A stretch of DNA of 64,000 nt. It comes from Candidatus Shapirobacteria bacterium (GTDB lineage: Bacteria; Patescibacteriota; Microgenomatia; UBA12405). Positions 1 through 9,453 of this stretch are shown here, in pieces. The stretch lies in contig JAUYJS010000003.1 in NCBI GenBank assembly GCA_030698565.1, positions 12,187 to 76,186 on the forward strand, written 5' to 3'. The position numbers were made by a program, and so were the translations under genes. Positions within the stretch are counted from its first letter, which is position 1, and every line of letters begins with the position of its first letter. The notes beneath the pieces were generated by a model, which saw only the letters and a program-made list of their open reading frames with translations, was not told the DNA's origin and searched no databases.

Positions 1-458
1 TTTTTAGAATTAATATCGTCTAAAATAGAAGCCACTGTAGTCGATTTTCCATGTCCGGTTGGACCAGTCACCAGTACAAAGCCTTGTTTGTAATTAGCAA
101 AAGAACGGAATAGATCCGGAAACCCTAAATCTTCAAAACTAGGTATTTCCGAATTTACAATTCTCAAGGCACAAGCAATCTTTCCTTTTTGAAAATACAA
201 ATTACCCCTAAATCTAGACTTAGTGGTTGACAAAGAAAAATCCAACTCTCTTTCTAGAAAAACTTTCTGTTTTTGTTCCTCGCTTATAATAGAAAAAATC
301 ATTTCTTCTATAAGATGGTCACTTAATGCTCCAAAACTTGATACCTCCGCCAATTCTCCATTTACCCGAATCTTTGGTGTCATCCCCATCATCAAATGCA
401 AATCTGAGGCCTTATTTACAACCGCCAGATCAAGTAGTTCCTGTATTTTAGTATTCAT
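1..458 (-). CDS. pilT: Type IV pilus retraction ATPase PilT, N-terminal part (C-terminus runs off the window start)
   Basis: The reverse-complement translation begins MNTKIQELLDLAVVNKASDLHLMMGMTPKIRVNG and ends with a Walker A motif, GFVLVTGPTGHGKSTT. This is the typical PilT N-terminus. The start codon is at 458-456. Confidence 0.8.
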   Translation of the reverse strand, partial: MNTKIQELLDLAVVNKASDLHLMMGMTPKIRVNGELAEVSSFGALSDHLIEEMIFSIISEEQKQKVFLERELDFSLSTTKSRFRGNLYFQKGKIACALRIVNSEIPSFEDLGFPDLFRSFANYKQGFVLVTGPTGHGKSTTVASILDDINSK

Positions 459-467
459 ATATTTATA

Positions 468-2210
468 TTAATATTGAGCTACTCTCAACACCTCCTCGGC
501 TGTTGTTGTTCCCTCTAAAACCTTAACGTAACCATCCTGCTTCATTGTCAACATGCCTCCTGCCATGGCTTCCTTTTGAATATCTGATGCCACCACTTTT
601 TCCAAAATTAATTTACTGATTTTTTCGGAAATAGTCATCACCTCATAAATAGCAACTCTATTGAAATACCCCGTGTTACTACATTTGTCACAACCAACAA
701 TTTTGGGAATCATAACTTTTTTGCCTTCCTTTTTAAAACGATCTTCTATTGTAGAATACACCGGTCCCAATGTTGTTTTAAATTCAGCCTCTATGTCAGC
801 CGGGATTTCAATTTGAGTAACACAGCTTTGACACACCCTCCGCAAAACTCTTTGGGCCACCACACAAGTCAAAGACGAAACCAATAAAAACGGTTCTACA
901 CCCATATCCAACATTCTTGGCGGTACCCCAGCCGCATCGTTCGTATGCAAAGTAGAAAACACCAAATGCCCTGTTAAAGAAGCATTAATCGCCAATTCTG
1001 CCGTTTCCGTATCCCGAACCTCTCCCACCATAATTACATTTGGATCTTGTCTCAAAAAAGATCTTAATGCCGAAGCAAAAGTTAATCCAGCTTGTGGGTT
1101 AACTTGAACCTGGTTAACCCCTTTCATTTGATATTCCACCGGGTCTTCGATGGTCACCACATTGACTTTTGATGTTGCCACAATATCCAACAAAGAATAA
1201 AGTGTAGTTGTCTTTCCTGAACCGGTTGGACCACACACAATAATAATTCCATGAGGTCGCTCTACCGAATTCATTAAATTTTTATAAGCCAAACCTTTCA
1301 AACCCAAATCTTGAAGTGTCGGTACTTTTTGCGATTTTTTTAATAAACGCATAACCACCTTTTCACCATAAGTCGTCGGCAAAGTTGATACCCGCAAATC
1401 CACGTCATTATTATCAGCTGAAATAAAAAATCTTCCGTCTTGAGGTACTCTTTTTTCGTCAATTTTTAAATTTGACAATATTTTGATTCTCGAAACCAAC
1501 GCCTCATGAATTGATCGGGAAATTACATAAACTTCCTGTAAAATACCGTCTATTCTGTATCTTATTCTCACGTTTTCTTCCAATGGTTCGATATGAATAT
1601 CTGAAGCTCTGGATTTAACTGCGAATTCCAAAATACTTCTAATAATTTTGGCTATATGAGATTCAGATGAAACTGCTTGGGAAAAAGTGTTCGTTTCTTT
1701 TTCGTCATCCTTTTTTCTTTCACTTACCGCCTTAGTTACCTCAGAAGTTATGTTCTTTTCTCTCTCGTATTTTTCCTCAATAAATCCAACAATCTGCTTT
1801 TCAGTTGATATGGCCGTTTTTATTTTAAGATTTGTTTTCTTTTCCAAAAACTCAACAGTTTCCAAATCCAAAGGATTTACCATAGTCACATACAATATTT
1901 TTTCTTTGGTATTCAACTGATAGGGAACTATTTTATATTTCTCAGCTACGCTTTGGGGAACCAAAGTCAAGGCTTCCGGAGCAAAACCAATTTTCTCCAA
2001 ATCGACAAAGGGGACACTTAAAAAAACAGATTTTGTTGTAGCTAGCTGTTCCTCTGACAACAAATTCATCGATCTGACGATTTCTTCCTCAGATTCACCG
2101 GTTTTTAAATGCCGTAAATTAATTTCCTCGTATTTGGCCTCATCTACCAACCCTTTTTCTTTTAAAACATCCCGCAAATTCTTGTATATTTTTTGGGTAG
2201 GATCGTTCAT
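468..2210 (-). CDS. pilB: Type IV pilus assembly ATPase PilB/GspE family
   Basis: It has a GspE_N-like N-terminal domain, the Walker A motif VCGPTGSGKTTT and a C-terminal tetracysteine motif (CQSC...CDKC). It lies immediately upstream of pilT. Confidence 0.85.
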   Translation of the reverse strand: MNDPTQKIYKNLRDVLKEKGLVDEAKYEEINLRHLKTGESEEEIVRSMNLLSEEQLATTKSVFLSVPFVDLEKIGFAPEALTLVPQSVAEKYKIVPYQLNTKEKILYVTMVNPLDLETVEFLEKKTNLKIKTAISTEKQIVGFIEEKYEREKNITSEVTKAVSERKKDDEKETNTFSQAVSSESHIAKIIRSILEFAVKSRASDIHIEPLEENVRIRYRIDGILQEVYVISRSIHEALVSRIKILSNLKIDEKRVPQDGRFFISADNNDVDLRVSTLPTTYGEKVVMRLLKKSQKVPTLQDLGLKGLAYKNLMNSVERPHGIIIVCGPTGSGKTTTLYSLLDIVATSKVNVVTIEDPVEYQMKGVNQVQVNPQAGLTFASALRSFLRQDPNVIMVGEVRDTETAELAINASLTGHLVFSTLHTNDAAGVPPRMLDMGVEPFLLVSSLTCVVAQRVLRRVCQSCVTQIEIPADIEAEFKTTLGPVYSTIEDRFKKEGKKVMIPKIVGCDKCSNTGYFNRVAIYEVMTISEKISKLILEKVVASDIQKEAMAGGMLTMKQDGYVKVLEGTTTAEEVLRVAQY

Positions 2211-2256
2211 AATAAATAATAGTACATTTTTTTAAATCTCAAAGCAACCAAAAACC

Positions 2257-2886
2257 ATGTTTCCATCAACTATAATTATCGGTTCCAAACCAAAAACTAC
2301 CGATTCTAAGATCAAAGAATTATGTCTATCACTCGACCATAATTCTTTAGCCAACAACCCTGACTTAATTTTGATTAATTCAGAATCAGGGTGGGGGATA
2401 GACCAAGTAAGAACCTTAAAAAAATTCTTTTCTCAAAAACCCTTTAATCACCAAAATAAAATTATTATTATTCAGGACGCCCACAATCTCAACGCTGAAG
2501 CTCAAAACGCTCTTTTAAAAATATTAGAAGAACCGGGACCAAATCATTATATTTTTTTAATCACCAATCAACCTTTTTACTTACTTCCCACCATTCTTTC
2601 TCGCTGTCAAACTATTAGGCTTACCTCAAACTTTATTTCCGAATCAAAGGTAATCAGCCCGACTAACGATTTAAATAAAAACCTAAAATTATCAGAAGAA
2701 ATCGGCCAAAACAAAGAAGACATCTTGCCGTTTTTAGAAGAGCAAATTGTTTTACACCAAAAATTATTAGTCGAAAAACCATCAATCAAAGTTTCCACGG
2801 ACATTCAAAAAATTATCAAATCAATTCAGATGATCAAAGCCAACGTCGATCCCAAGTCCGCCCTGGATTATTATTTCTTAGCCTAA
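2257..2886 (+). CDS. holB: DNA polymerase III delta-prime subunit (short form)
   Basis: The LLKILEEPGPNHYIFLIT and ILSRCQ motifs match the clamp-loader delta-prime AAA+ core. Confidence 0.65.
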   Translation: MFPSTIIIGSKPKTTDSKIKELCLSLDHNSLANNPDLILINSESGWGIDQVRTLKKFFSQKPFNHQNKIIIIQDAHNLNAEAQNALLKILEEPGPNHYIFLITNQPFYLLPTILSRCQTIRLTSNFISESKVISPTNDLNKNLKLSEEIGQNKEDILPFLEEQIVLHQKLLVEKPSIKVSTDIQKIIKSIQMIKANVDPKSALDYYFLA

Positions 2887-2892
2887 ACAAAT

Positions 2893-3010
2893 TTGTCATT
2901 CCGAGCAAAATCGAAGGATCAACAAGTTTGTCATTCTGAACGAAGTGAAGAATCTAGCGAAGCGTCAATAAGTTGTCATTCCGAGCGAAGTGGAGGAATC
3001 TAGCGAGCGA
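2893..3010. repeat. Three tandem imperfect copies of a short hairpin-forming repeat (tTGTCATTCCGAGCrAArTcGAAGGATCtag), MITE-like
   Basis: The copies are at 2893-2920, 2927-2964 and 2972-3010. Inverted copies occur at 3310-3348 and a solo copy at 7661-7696. Confidence 0.7.
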
Positions 3011-3030
3011 AACGAGCGTAAACTAAGTTA

Positions 3031-3321
3031 ATGAGCAGAAAATATTTTGTTTATATTTTGACCAATTATAAAAATAGTATTTTATATATCGGCATTACAA
3101 ATAGTTTAGAAAGAAGAGTTTTTGAACATAAAAATCACCTAAACCCAGACTCGTTTACGGCTAAATATCGGTTATATAAATTAATTTGGTTTCAAGAATT
3201 TGAAGATGTTCGTGATGCGATATTGGTTGAAAAAAAGATTAAAGGATGGAATAGAAATAAAAAAATAAACTTAATTAAAGAAATGAATATAAATTTTATA
3301 GATTTGTTTACGCTTCGCTAG
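3031..3321 (+). CDS. GIY-YIG nuclease family protein (small, stand-alone)
   Basis: The N-terminus, YFVYILTNYKNSILYIGITNSLERRVFEHK, is a canonical GIY-YIG motif. The gene is flanked by inverted repeats. Confidence 0.75.
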   Translation: MSRKYFVYILTNYKNSILYIGITNSLERRVFEHKNHLNPDSFTAKYRLYKLIWFQEFEDVRDAILVEKKIKGWNRNKKINLIKEMNINFIDLFTLR

Positions 3322-3348
3322 ATCCTTCGTTGTACTCAGGATGACAAT
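3310..3348. repeat. Inverted copy of the 2893-3010 repeat, overlapping the GIY-YIG stop codon
   Basis: The sequence acgcttcgctagatccttcgttgtactcaggatgacaat is the reverse complement of the upstream repeat consensus. Confidence 0.65.
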
Positions 3349-3407
3349 GTGGCATTAACCGCAGATTAACCTAATTAAACGTTTAAAAGATGTTATAATA
3401 AACTCAG

Positions 3408-4541
3408 ATGTTTTCACCTGTCTTTTCCATCAATAATCGAATCCTAAAAAATATTGGCACTATCGAAGCCGCCAAAGCTGTCATCGACGAAGCCCCTCTA
3501 ATTCCAGCCTACGAAAAACAATTCCAACAAGAAGCTATGGTTAGGACTGTCCATTTCGGTACCAGAATTGAAGGAAATGATTTAACTTTCCAAGAAGTCG
3601 CCAAATTAGTCGAAGGCCGACAGATCACTGCCACCGAAAGGGATATTCAAGAAGTGATAAATTATCGCAATGTTATGTCGTATTTAGAGGAACTTTGGTC
3701 TCTTTTTGATGCTGGTATGCCACTGCCTGACGAAAAAACTGCTCCAAATTTTGATGACACCAACCATCGACCTTTCTTTTATAGCGAGGTTATTTTCAAA
3801 AGGATTCACGAACTAACCACCACCAAAGTAATACCCATGTCAGAAATAGGTCAATATCGTCATCAACAGGTGGTTTTGAAAAACACCCGCACTGGTGAAA
3901 TTGCCCACCGCCCACCGCCCGCCATCGAAGTCCCATATCTTGTGGCCGATTTTGTCGATTGGCTCAATACCCCAGAATCCAAAGAAATACATCCGGCCAT
4001 TAGATCGGCAATTTGTCAATATATTTTAGTGGCCATTCATCCTTTTATCGAAGGCAATGGTCGTGTCTCTCGGGCTTTTGCCATATTACCCTTATACGTT
4101 GAAGGTTTCGATATCCGTCGTCTTTTTTCCCTAGAAGAATATTTCGATCGCAACGCCGAAACTTATTACAATACCATTCAACAGACTCATGAAAAATCTT
4201 CCGATATTTTCAAACGCGATCTAACTCTGTGGATTGAATATTTTACCGAAGCTCTTAGTATTGAATTAAATCGAGTCAAAGAAAAAGTCCAATCACTCTC
4301 ACGCGATATTAAACTCAAACAAAAACTTGGCGGTAAACAAATTCAATTAACCGAAAGACAAATTAAATTAGTTGAATATATGCAACAGTTTGGCGGTCTT
4401 CGCATGCCCGACGCCCAACAACTCATACCCATGGTTTCAGATGACACCATTTGGCGCGATCTCAAAAAATTAGTCGACTGCGGTGCTGTTGAAAAGCGTG
4501 GTTCTACCAAAGGCGCATTCTATTGTCTAACTGATGTTTAA
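3408..4541 (+). CDS. Fic/DOC family protein (AMPylation/filamentation domain) with a C-terminal winged-helix-like tail
   Basis: It carries the Fic motif HPFIEGNGRVSRAF. Its DNA is visibly GC-richer than the flanking sequence. Confidence 0.8.
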   Translation: MFSPVFSINNRILKNIGTIEAAKAVIDEAPLIPAYEKQFQQEAMVRTVHFGTRIEGNDLTFQEVAKLVEGRQITATERDIQEVINYRNVMSYLEELWSLFDAGMPLPDEKTAPNFDDTNHRPFFYSEVIFKRIHELTTTKVIPMSEIGQYRHQQVVLKNTRTGEIAHRPPPAIEVPYLVADFVDWLNTPESKEIHPAIRSAICQYILVAIHPFIEGNGRVSRAFAILPLYVEGFDIRRLFSLEEYFDRNAETYYNTIQQTHEKSSDIFKRDLTLWIEYFTEALSIELNRVKEKVQSLSRDIKLKQKLGGKQIQLTERQIKLVEYMQQFGGLRMPDAQQLIPMVSDDTIWRDLKKLVDCGAVEKRGSTKGAFYCLTDV

Positions 4542-4558
4542 ACAAACCTTCCTTTATT

Positions 4559-4996
4559 TTAAACCCTTTGTCCCTTCGGGACATTTCCCTTAAAAAGGGA
4601 AACTTTTCTTTGTTGAATAAATTCAATTATCCGATCTTTTACCTTACTTAAATTATTTAAAACATCCTCATTTAGGATTCTTAAAGTTTCTATATTTAGA
4701 TTTCTCATAAATTTATCTCTTTCAAAATCTAAATATTTTCTTTGGTTATGATAACCGCCATCAATCTCAATCGCTAACAACAATTCCTTACAATAAAAAT
4801 CTAAAATAAATCTGTTTATTGGTTTTTGTCGCAAAAATTTAAAACCAGTTTTCTTGTCTTTTAAAATTTCATACCAAACGGTATTTTCTGTTCTAGTCGA
4901 ACCTTTTCTATTACTTCTTGATAAATTTTTTAATTCTTCCAAATATTTTAAATGACCCCTTCTAGCAACCAACTTAGATTCATAAATGTTATACAT
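4559..4996 (-). CDS. DUF559 / very-short-patch-repair-like endonuclease domain protein
   Basis: The FILDFYCKELLLAIEIDGGYHNQ core is typical of DUF559 (restriction-endonuclease-like fold). Confidence 0.65.
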   Translation of the reverse strand: MYNIYESKLVARRGHLKYLEELKNLSRSNRKGSTRTENTVWYEILKDKKTGFKFLRQKPINRFILDFYCKELLLAIEIDGGYHNQRKYLDFERDKFMRNLNIETLRILNEDVLNNLSKVKDRIIEFIQQRKVSLFKGNVPKGQRV

Positions 4997-5017
4997 AATA
5001 CATAAATCTTACAACAG

Positions 5018-5112
5018 CCTCCCTTTTTAAGGGAGGTGATCCCGCAACTGCGGGATCGGTGGGTTTAAAAATAAGATTATCATTGTTAAACCCACGGTCC
5101 TCTTTTAGAGGA
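5018..5112. promoter_or_regulatory. Cluster of four consecutive perfect stem-loops in the divergent intergenic region upstream of ligA
   Basis: The stem-loops are cctccctttttaagggagg, gatcccgcaactgcgggatc, gtgggtttaa...ttaaacccac and cctcttttagagg. Confidence 0.4.
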
Positions 5113-5144
5113 AGGAGATTAGAGGGATTAAGCTATAATAATTT

Positions 5145-7106
5145 ATGATCACCCTCGACAAACTCGATCTACAAAAAATGTCTCCCGAGGAAATGGGCGA
5201 ACTTTTGGTCGAAGCCAAAAAGGCTTACTACATAACTAGTAAACCAATAATGGACGATCATACTTACGATACATTAGAGGAAATTTTACGTCAAAAAAGT
5301 CCTTATCATCGGCTTTTTAGTAAAGTCGGCAATCAGAATTTTGATACCGGATTCAATAAAAAAAAGCACACCATGCCTATGGGTTCTCAAAACAAAGTAA
5401 ATATCTACACTGATTTAATTCATTACTTCGAACTCAAGCAAAAGGCTGCAGGCGACATTGATATGAACAGTATTTCTTACGTTGTTCAACCCAAATGCGA
5501 TGGTATTTCTTTGGAAATTGAATATAAAAATGGTCAATTAGTCGACGCCATTACTCGTGGTGATGGGGAAATAGGAGACGTGATTACCCAAAATGTCGTT
5601 AAAATGAAAAATTTTGTCCCAGAAATTAAAGATGATTTTACCGGCTCCGTCCGCTGTGAAATTGTCATGACATTTGAAAATTTTAAAAAAATAAACGACC
5701 TACAAAACATTTATTCCAACCCTCGCAACGCCGCCTCTGGTATATCTCAACGTCTCGACAGTAAATATTCCGAATATTGTAGTCTCTATGCTGTCGATAT
5801 TTATTCATATAATGTACGGGCGATTCACGAATCGCCCTTTTCATCTGAAATTCAAAAAATTGAATATTTAAAAAAACACAATTTTGTTACTGTCGATACT
5901 CTCTGTTGTCCAAAAATTAACGAAGTAGAGCCGATCTATCAAAAATATTTAACCGAAGATCGCAGAGCGTATCCTTTTGAAATCGACGGTTTGGTTATCA
6001 AAATAAACGATCTTGATTTGCAAAGAAAACTTGGTTTTCATAATAACCGGCCCAAAGGTCAAGTTGCCTACAAATTTCCCTCAAAAACCAACCAAACTAG
6101 AATTTTATCGGTTAACTGGCAAGTCGGTCCGATGGGGACTATCACACCCGTTGCCCAAGTTGAACCGATTGAAATTTCTGGTGCTGTTATTACATTTGCA
6201 TCGCTCGCCAATTACCAACTTATCAAAGATAAAAATATAAATGTGGGAGATGTAGTTGAAGTCAGCCGCCGGGGAGATGTTATTCCTCACATCGACAAAG
6301 TAATTACTAAAGTCAACGAAGGTCATTTTTTAGCACCAACACTCTGTCCCTCATGCGACACCAAACTTATTTTGGAAGATAAATTTTTGCGTTGTCCCAA
6401 TATTTCTAGTTGTCCAGCTCAAATTTTTGGAAGTCTCAAATTATTTTGTGACGCCCTCGATATTAAAGGCATTTCCGATAAAACCATAGAAAAACTTTAC
6501 CAAGCTAGTCGTGTTCGTTTGCCAGGCGATTTTTATAAATTAAAAATTTCTGATTTTGAAGATTTAGCTGGCTTGGGAACCAAATCGGGAACCAATATTG
6601 TCAAACAAATTCAGGACAAAAAAACCTTAAATCTAAAACAAGTACTAGGTGCCGCCATTATTCCAAATTTTAGCAACGCTCGGATTCAACAGATTATTAA
6701 TGCTGGCTTTGACACTCCCGATAAAATCTTAAATATTACCACAGACCAATTAGAAAACCTGCCGGGAGTTAAACAAACATTGGCTCAAAAAATTTATCAA
6801 GGCATTCAGTCGCGTAAAAATTTTATCGAATCAATACTTGCTCAAGTTAGCATAAAGAAAATTAGCCAATCTCAAAAATTAGCCAACCAAACTTTCGTAA
6901 TAACTGGAAGCCTAGATCATCCTCGTGAGGAAATCATAAATGAAATCGAATCACTCGGCGGCAAAGTTGTTTCAACCGTCAGCCAAAATACTTCTTATCT
7001 TATTACCAACGAAACCAACTCCAATTCTTCCAAATTTGTCACCGCTCAAAAATTAGGAACCAAGATAATCAATGAAGCTGAATTCTATGATTTAATTAAC
7101 CAATGA
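5145..7106 (+). CDS. ligA: NAD-dependent DNA ligase
   Basis: It has the adenylation motif KCDG (VQPKCDGISLEIEY), zinc-finger cysteines, HhH and a C-terminal BRCT-like region, in 653 aa. Confidence 0.9.
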   Translation: MITLDKLDLQKMSPEEMGELLVEAKKAYYITSKPIMDDHTYDTLEEILRQKSPYHRLFSKVGNQNFDTGFNKKKHTMPMGSQNKVNIYTDLIHYFELKQKAAGDIDMNSISYVVQPKCDGISLEIEYKNGQLVDAITRGDGEIGDVITQNVVKMKNFVPEIKDDFTGSVRCEIVMTFENFKKINDLQNIYSNPRNAASGISQRLDSKYSEYCSLYAVDIYSYNVRAIHESPFSSEIQKIEYLKKHNFVTVDTLCCPKINEVEPIYQKYLTEDRRAYPFEIDGLVIKINDLDLQRKLGFHNNRPKGQVAYKFPSKTNQTRILSVNWQVGPMGTITPVAQVEPIEISGAVITFASLANYQLIKDKNINVGDVVEVSRRGDVIPHIDKVITKVNEGHFLAPTLCPSCDTKLILEDKFLRCPNISSCPAQIFGSLKLFCDALDIKGISDKTIEKLYQASRVRLPGDFYKLKISDFEDLAGLGTKSGTNIVKQIQDKKTLNLKQVLGAAIIPNFSNARIQQIINAGFDTPDKILNITTDQLENLPGVKQTLAQKIYQGIQSRKNFIESILAQVSIKKISQSQKLANQTFVITGSLDHPREEIINEIESLGGKVVSTVSQNTSYLITNETNSNSSKFVTAQKLGTKIINEAEFYDLINQ

Positions 7107-7522
7107 TTTTTAAAGACCGATCTGAATCAGCCAAATTTTTATCCCAAAAAATTAGAGAAGAAATAATTAGCTCTTATTTTCTAACTTATATCGATCCTGA
7201 CAGTCAAAAATATTGCCAATTAATAGCCAACAATCTAAATCAAAAATTAGAATTCTTGCCTAGTCTTTTAGCTACTAGAAAATTGAAAGAAACACCCCGT
7301 TTGGTTATTTTGGACGACGGTCAAACTGACGGCCAAGAGTTCAATGAGTTCACCGATAAAATCAGAAAAGAACATCCTCTGATTAACATTACAATTGCCG
7401 TTCCAGTCATTGCTCAATCAGAACAAAAGCTTTTTCAAGAGGCTTGCGACCAACTCTTAACTTTAATAGTAGAACCTTTGTTTTTTTCAGTAAATCAATT
7501 CTATGAAAATCAGAATCTTTAG
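7103..7522 (+). CDS. Short phosphoribosyltransferase-like protein (COG1926-like N-terminus)
   Basis: The N-terminus MIFKDRSESAKFLSQKI resembles the M.FRDR..AG..LA start of predicted PRTases. RLVILDDGQTDG is a degenerate PRPP-binding motif. It overlaps the ligA stop (ATGA). Confidence 0.35.
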   Translation: MIFKDRSESAKFLSQKIREEIISSYFLTYIDPDSQKYCQLIANNLNQKLEFLPSLLATRKLKETPRLVILDDGQTDGQEFNEFTDKIRKEHPLINITIAVPVIAQSEQKLFQEACDQLLTLIVEPLFFSVNQFYENQNL

Positions 7523-7660
7523 GCCGAAAATAATAAGTAATCGACGCATCTAATATGCATTAGCAGACAATATTCAAGAGTGCTAAGTTAGGAAAGAAAA
7601 TTTATTTACCCGAAGGATAGGACTAAACTAATACAACTACATCAAACGCTATCATTTATT

Positions 7661-7696
7661 ATCATCCTGAGCGAGTGAAACGAGTTGAAGGATCTG
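7661..7696. repeat. Solo copy of the GTCATCCTGAGCG...GAAGGATC hairpin repeat family
   Basis: atcatcctgagcgagtgaaacgagttgaaggatctga shares its ends with the 2893-3010 and 3310-3348 repeats. Confidence 0.6.
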
Positions 7697-7709
7697 ATAT
7701 TATCTCTTT

Positions 7710-8267
7710 ATGAAACTTATTATCGGCCTGGGTAATCCTGATACTAAATATCAAAACACCCGTCACAATCTTGGTCGAATGATTATCGAAAATTTTATTC
7801 AACAACATAAATTATCTTTAAAAAAAATTTCTAAATTATCTGCCCAATTATCAGAATGTAGGAACGGACTGGAGCCTGCCCGCCGCGACGGGTTTCCGTT
7901 CTCTAAAACAATCATTGGTTTCACATCCGAATATATGAATAATTCCGGTGTTGCGGTTAGCAAAATTGCTCAATTTTATAAAATAAATCCAGACGATATT
8001 TACATCGTTCACGACGACCTAGATTTACCAGTAGGGGAGTATAAAATTCAATTTGACCGCGGGCCCGCCGGTCACAATGGCGTCAAATCAATTGTCGATC
8101 ACTTAGGAACCCAAGCCTTCAACCGTATTCGTGTAGGTATTGGCAAGTCGGACAATATTCCAATAGAGGATTATGTTCTTTTGCATTTTACTAAAGCCGA
8201 ACGCGATATAATAAACGATATAATTCCCAAAGTAGTACAGGAATTAGAAAAGATTATTGAAAATTAA
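7710..8267 (+). CDS. pth: Peptidyl-tRNA hydrolase
   Basis: The N-terminus MKLIIGLGNPDTKYQNTRHNLG and the HDDLDLP and GHNG motifs identify Pth. Confidence 0.85.
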   Translation: MKLIIGLGNPDTKYQNTRHNLGRMIIENFIQQHKLSLKKISKLSAQLSECRNGLEPARRDGFPFSKTIIGFTSEYMNNSGVAVSKIAQFYKINPDDIYIVHDDLDLPVGEYKIQFDRGPAGHNGVKSIVDHLGTQAFNRIRVGIGKSDNIPIEDYVLLHFTKAERDIINDIIPKVVQELEKIIEN

Positions 8268-8271
8268 TTTC

Positions 8272-8342
8272 GGGCTCATAGTTAAACGGTATAACGTACC
8301 CTTCGCATGGGTATATTCTGGGTTCAATTCCCAGTGAGTCCA
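8272..8342 (+). tRNA. tRNA-Ala (anticodon CGC)
   Basis: It folds as a cloverleaf by hand. The acceptor GGGCTCA/TGAGTCC contains the G3:U70 alanine identity pair. The anticodon loop is TTCGCAT, the T-loop is TTCAATT, and no CCA is encoded. Confidence 0.8.
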
Positions 8343-8351
8343 CATTCTGAC

Positions 8352-8837
8352 TTAATTCAACCACCACACCGCCGCAGTCAAATAAGTCGCAAAGGTTACC
8401 CAAGCAAGATAGGGTATTAGTAGCCACATTGTCACCGCTTTAATTTTTCTGAATTCTATAATCGTAAAAAAAATCATAACCCACAAAACTAAAATCTCCG
8501 CCACAGCCAAAGTCAAAAGATGAAATTTAAAAAAGATAATTGACCACAATAAATTCAAGGCCAATTGGATCAAATAAATTTTAATTGCCCAACTTCGATC
8601 AGCATCTTTTTGTTTTTTACCAATCTTCTCTGTCCAAATAAAATAAAAGGCAACACCCATCAAAATATATAGAGCCGTCCACACTGGACCAAAAATTCCA
8701 TTCGGCGGCAACAGCGATGGTTTATTTATTTGTGAATACCAGGTTTGAATTTGAGAAATCGTAAAAAGAGAACCTAAATAACCAACGAATAAAGGCAACA
8801 ACAAGGAAATTGCTAGTTTTGGTAAATTAAATTTCAT
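8352..8837 (-). CDS. tspO: TspO/MBR tryptophan-rich sensory protein
   Basis: It is a five-TM protein with FGPVWTALY and Trp-rich motifs. Confidence 0.75.
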   Translation of the reverse strand: MKFNLPKLAISLLLPLFVGYLGSLFTISQIQTWYSQINKPSLLPPNGIFGPVWTALYILMGVAFYFIWTEKIGKKQKDADRSWAIKIYLIQLALNLLWSIIFFKFHLLTLAVAEILVLWVMIFFTIIEFRKIKAVTMWLLIPYLAWVTFATYLTAAVWWLN

Positions 8838-8857
8838 ATTATTAATATAATTGTATC

Positions 8858-9388
8858 TTAAAATTCGGGTAATTTCTCGACCGCTACCAACATTTTATTA
8901 CGCTCATCCTCCTTCAGAAAACAAGATTTTAAGTTCTTTAAATAATCTTTAATAAAGATATAACCGTTGTTATGTATACGACTTAATCGATAAGAAAATA
9001 TTTTTTTTAAATATTCACTATCTGGCTTAAAATATTCAACCATCTCATTATCAATATTGTTATATGATTTTCGGTGAAAATCTTCATGTATATGTAAACC
9101 CATATCATCTGGGATAAACAATATTTCCTCTCTAAAGCCAACTATTGTCGTTAGGTGCCATCTATTTCCAAAGTCACCATTATACAATAATAGTCCAATC
9201 TCCCGACAATGATTATCAATTCTACGTTTTACATACAGACAACCAAAATCACACATAAAACGTTCCTGCTCATTCTCTACTAACTTTAAATTTCCTCTAT
9301 TTCTACAAGCATAAAAATGTCTAAAGCCACCATCAACACATTCCACCTTAAGTGGAACTAATTTCAAATATTCTCGTTCAACACTCAT
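8858..9388 (-). CDS. Hypothetical Cys/His-rich protein
   Basis: It is an ORF with several C..C and H.H.D.H motifs but no confident family assignment. Confidence 0.3.
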   Translation of the reverse strand: MSVEREYLKLVPLKVECVDGGFRHFYACRNRGNLKLVENEQERFMCDFGCLYVKRRIDNHCREIGLLLYNGDFGNRWHLTTIVGFREEILFIPDDMGLHIHEDFHRKSYNNIDNEMVEYFKPDSEYLKKIFSYRLSRIHNNGYIFIKDYLKNLKSCFLKEDERNKMLVAVEKLPEF

Positions 9389-9453
9389 TTTTCCTGATTA
9401 TATCATTGTCTGACTAACTACTTTTATTTATTTTATCTTATAAAATAGTATTA

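Noticed and set aside
223-471. Plus-strand 82-aa ORF
   Set aside because: It lies entirely within the minus-strand pilT coding region, which translates to a canonical PilT N-terminus. It is a shadow ORF.
1687-1920. Internal plus-strand ORFs opposite long minus-strand genes (for example 1687..1920, 6013..6240, 20060..20398, 52905..53204)
   Set aside because: These are antisense shadow ORFs inside strongly supported conserved genes.
7850-7910. GC-rich hairpin-forming patch inside pth, considered as an inserted element
   Set aside because: The encoded Pth has canonical length, and the segment aligns with an ordinary loop region of Pth. No insertion is evident.
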